From assembly GCA_010909165.1 (NCBI GenBank), contig VJWM01000259.1:62001-126000 (forward strand): a stretch of DNA of 64,000 nt, in the 5' to 3' direction. Shown piece by piece: positions 62,295 through 64,000 of this stretch. How positions within the stretch are numbered: position 1 is the first letter of the stretch; each line of letters begins with the position of its first letter. Source of the stretch: Anthoceros angustus. Lineage: Eukaryota; Plantae; Anthocerotophyta. The notes under the pieces were generated by a model. That model was not told the origin of the DNA, ran no database searches, and was given only the letters and a program-made list of their open reading frames with translations. The translations under genes and the position numbers were made by a program.

Positions 62295-64000
62295 GAGAGG
62301 TGTCTAACTCATAAAAATGCACCATTAGACTCTTGATAACTATGGAGTGAATAGAATATGAATATGCTTGCCTTTTTCCAACTGCTATCACCTTTTATTG
62401 GTAGAAGGACATAGTGCCTTACCCACTTGGGCATATTAACACCTCATATGGGCCATGTGTACATTTATGACCTCGGACCTTGTTTCACTTTTAATATATA
62501 CTACTAGGCTATAAATGAGGGATCGACCTATGTGCATGTTTGTTAAAGATGGGTTGATTCCTTGTGGGTTATCATTGGTAGGAATGGCTGCCCAATAGGA
62601 TTATATAACTTGTGAGCCAGTGGTTGGATAGAATTTGCTACCCAATGAAATCCCTTCCTCCAAACTTTGGTTGGGGTTCCTCCCTTCCTCTCCTATGCTT
62701 AGCCTCTACCTTTGATGATTGTCATTCTCTCTATTGCTCCCGCCTCTATTTGCGTGATCACCTTACTTAGTACCTTGGTCTCTTTGTCGTTGCCTCCCAA
62801 GCTAGCCATGGCTACCAAGGTTGAACCTTTTCTCCTCTCTTACTTCACTATGCAACCTTAGAATTAGTGGATGTGCAATGGATCCCGTCTCACCAAGGAT
62901 CCAAACGGGCCGATGATCCCTTTTGGTGGTCAAGAAGGGAAGGGGAGGTGTTGACCAACACCATCTCGTGCATCCAAGAAGCTAGACCTTGATTTGGTCA
63001 TCCGGTCTAGTCTTCTAAACCTCAAGTTGTTTTTTCGGTATGATCTAGAAGCAGTACCGGATACATGACTCAATGAATAGGGTTTGTGTCTTACGGATTC
63101 AAAATACCGGTTTGATCAACACAAGATACTTCGTGCTCCAGTCGACGGGCTATGAATGTCGTTGTTCGTCTGCAATTTTGTCCGGATGCCTCGTATTGGA
63201 TGCATGTCGGAATCGTCATCCTTTGGATAATCACCAAGGTCCCGCTTAGGTGAAGCATCGCATCTTGCGAGCTCGACGTGATGTCGATGTTTGATACATG
63301 TAGCAAGGAATGACGGTGGCCGTGGGAGGACAACGACGCAGTTGAATGATGTAAAATAGGTGGTATCGCTTGTTTGGCTTCAACCGACGATCGAGCACAA
63401 GATTGCATGTGAATGGCTTCAAGATAGCATGCGAGATAGATATTGCTACCGGATGCTCGCTTAAGCATCGGGATGTCGATCTAGTTTTGCATATCGCGTT
63501 GCTACCACGGTTGGATGTACCGCTGTTGACTGCATAGATTGCACGAATATTGGGAGTCCGCCGAGGACAAGGGCCTCTTTGGACGCTTTTGATCGGACGG
63601 GTTGGACGATCTGGTTTTGCTCCCTCGCCGCCGCCATGGATTGCTTGCTAGGAATCATTATCTCGGTTGAGGGTTCCACGTGGCCCGCCGTGCTTGGAGC
63701 CATACAAAGTGGCGCGTGCAAGTGGTCGCAGCAACGCTGGTTTTGCTTCCACGATGGGCTTGCTGTGTGCTGAAATTGATGTCGGCGGTGCATAGCACGA
63801 CGTCGCTACAGCTGGTGGGTGCTGGATATGCAGGGTGGATCCGCACGGGTTGTCGTCGATCTAAACGTGAACGGATGACCATGCCTACCGAATTTGCTTG
63901 GTGACCCGCCTCACGGAGAGGTGTGTCTGACGCCCGAGGATCGACTATGGGCAAGAAAAAGGGCTGCTGGGCGGGGCGATTGACTCTGCGGCCTCTTTTG
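62295..64000. repeat. Repeat unit U6, 5'-truncated, runs off the window
   Basis: Restarts at GAGAGGTGTCTAACTCATAAAAATGC, about 375 bp into the unit. Confidence 0.85.

Noticed and set aside
44126-64000. Host gene with introns in the AT-rich repeat region
   Set aside because: The sequence is tandemly repeated, and no cellular protein family is recognisable in any frame.

Overview
No host gene, rRNA, tRNA or CRISPR array is recognisable. The window is all transposable-element DNA, probably plant nuclear repeat sequence; this is inferred from an Athila-type tRNA-Asp PBS and CCCTAAA repeats. Positions 1-44125 hold nested and tandem pieces of Ty3/gypsy LTR retrotransposons. The main family (A) has RT-RNaseH-integrase order, an EVFLDDF RT motif, a GPY/F integrase tail and a GAGGTGGGGAGTA PPT. 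Its LTR is unusually long (about 5 kb, TGTGG...CCACA) and itself carries a frameshifted sense-strand ORF of about 2.2 kb. Also present are a second Athila-like pol (B, 41235-44125), a 249-bp LTR with a Met PBS (4838-5097), three telomeric repeats at a junction (39591-39611), and a segment of about 480 bp whose dinucleotide pattern looks mirror-reversed (37681-38165). Positions 44126-64000 hold a Penelope-like retroelement (RT about 49.4-52.2 kb) flanked by tandem repeat units of about 3.5 kb joined at (TATC)n. Major caveat: every coding remnant is riddled with 1-2 nt indels, and 15.5-36.4 kb is a mosaic stitched at short (about 5-12 nt) shared k-mers with looping repeats. Much of the fine structure may therefore be an assembly, consensus or synthetic artefact rather than biology. 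All alignments, counts and motif matches were done by eye; no database searches were run, and most coordinates are approximate.
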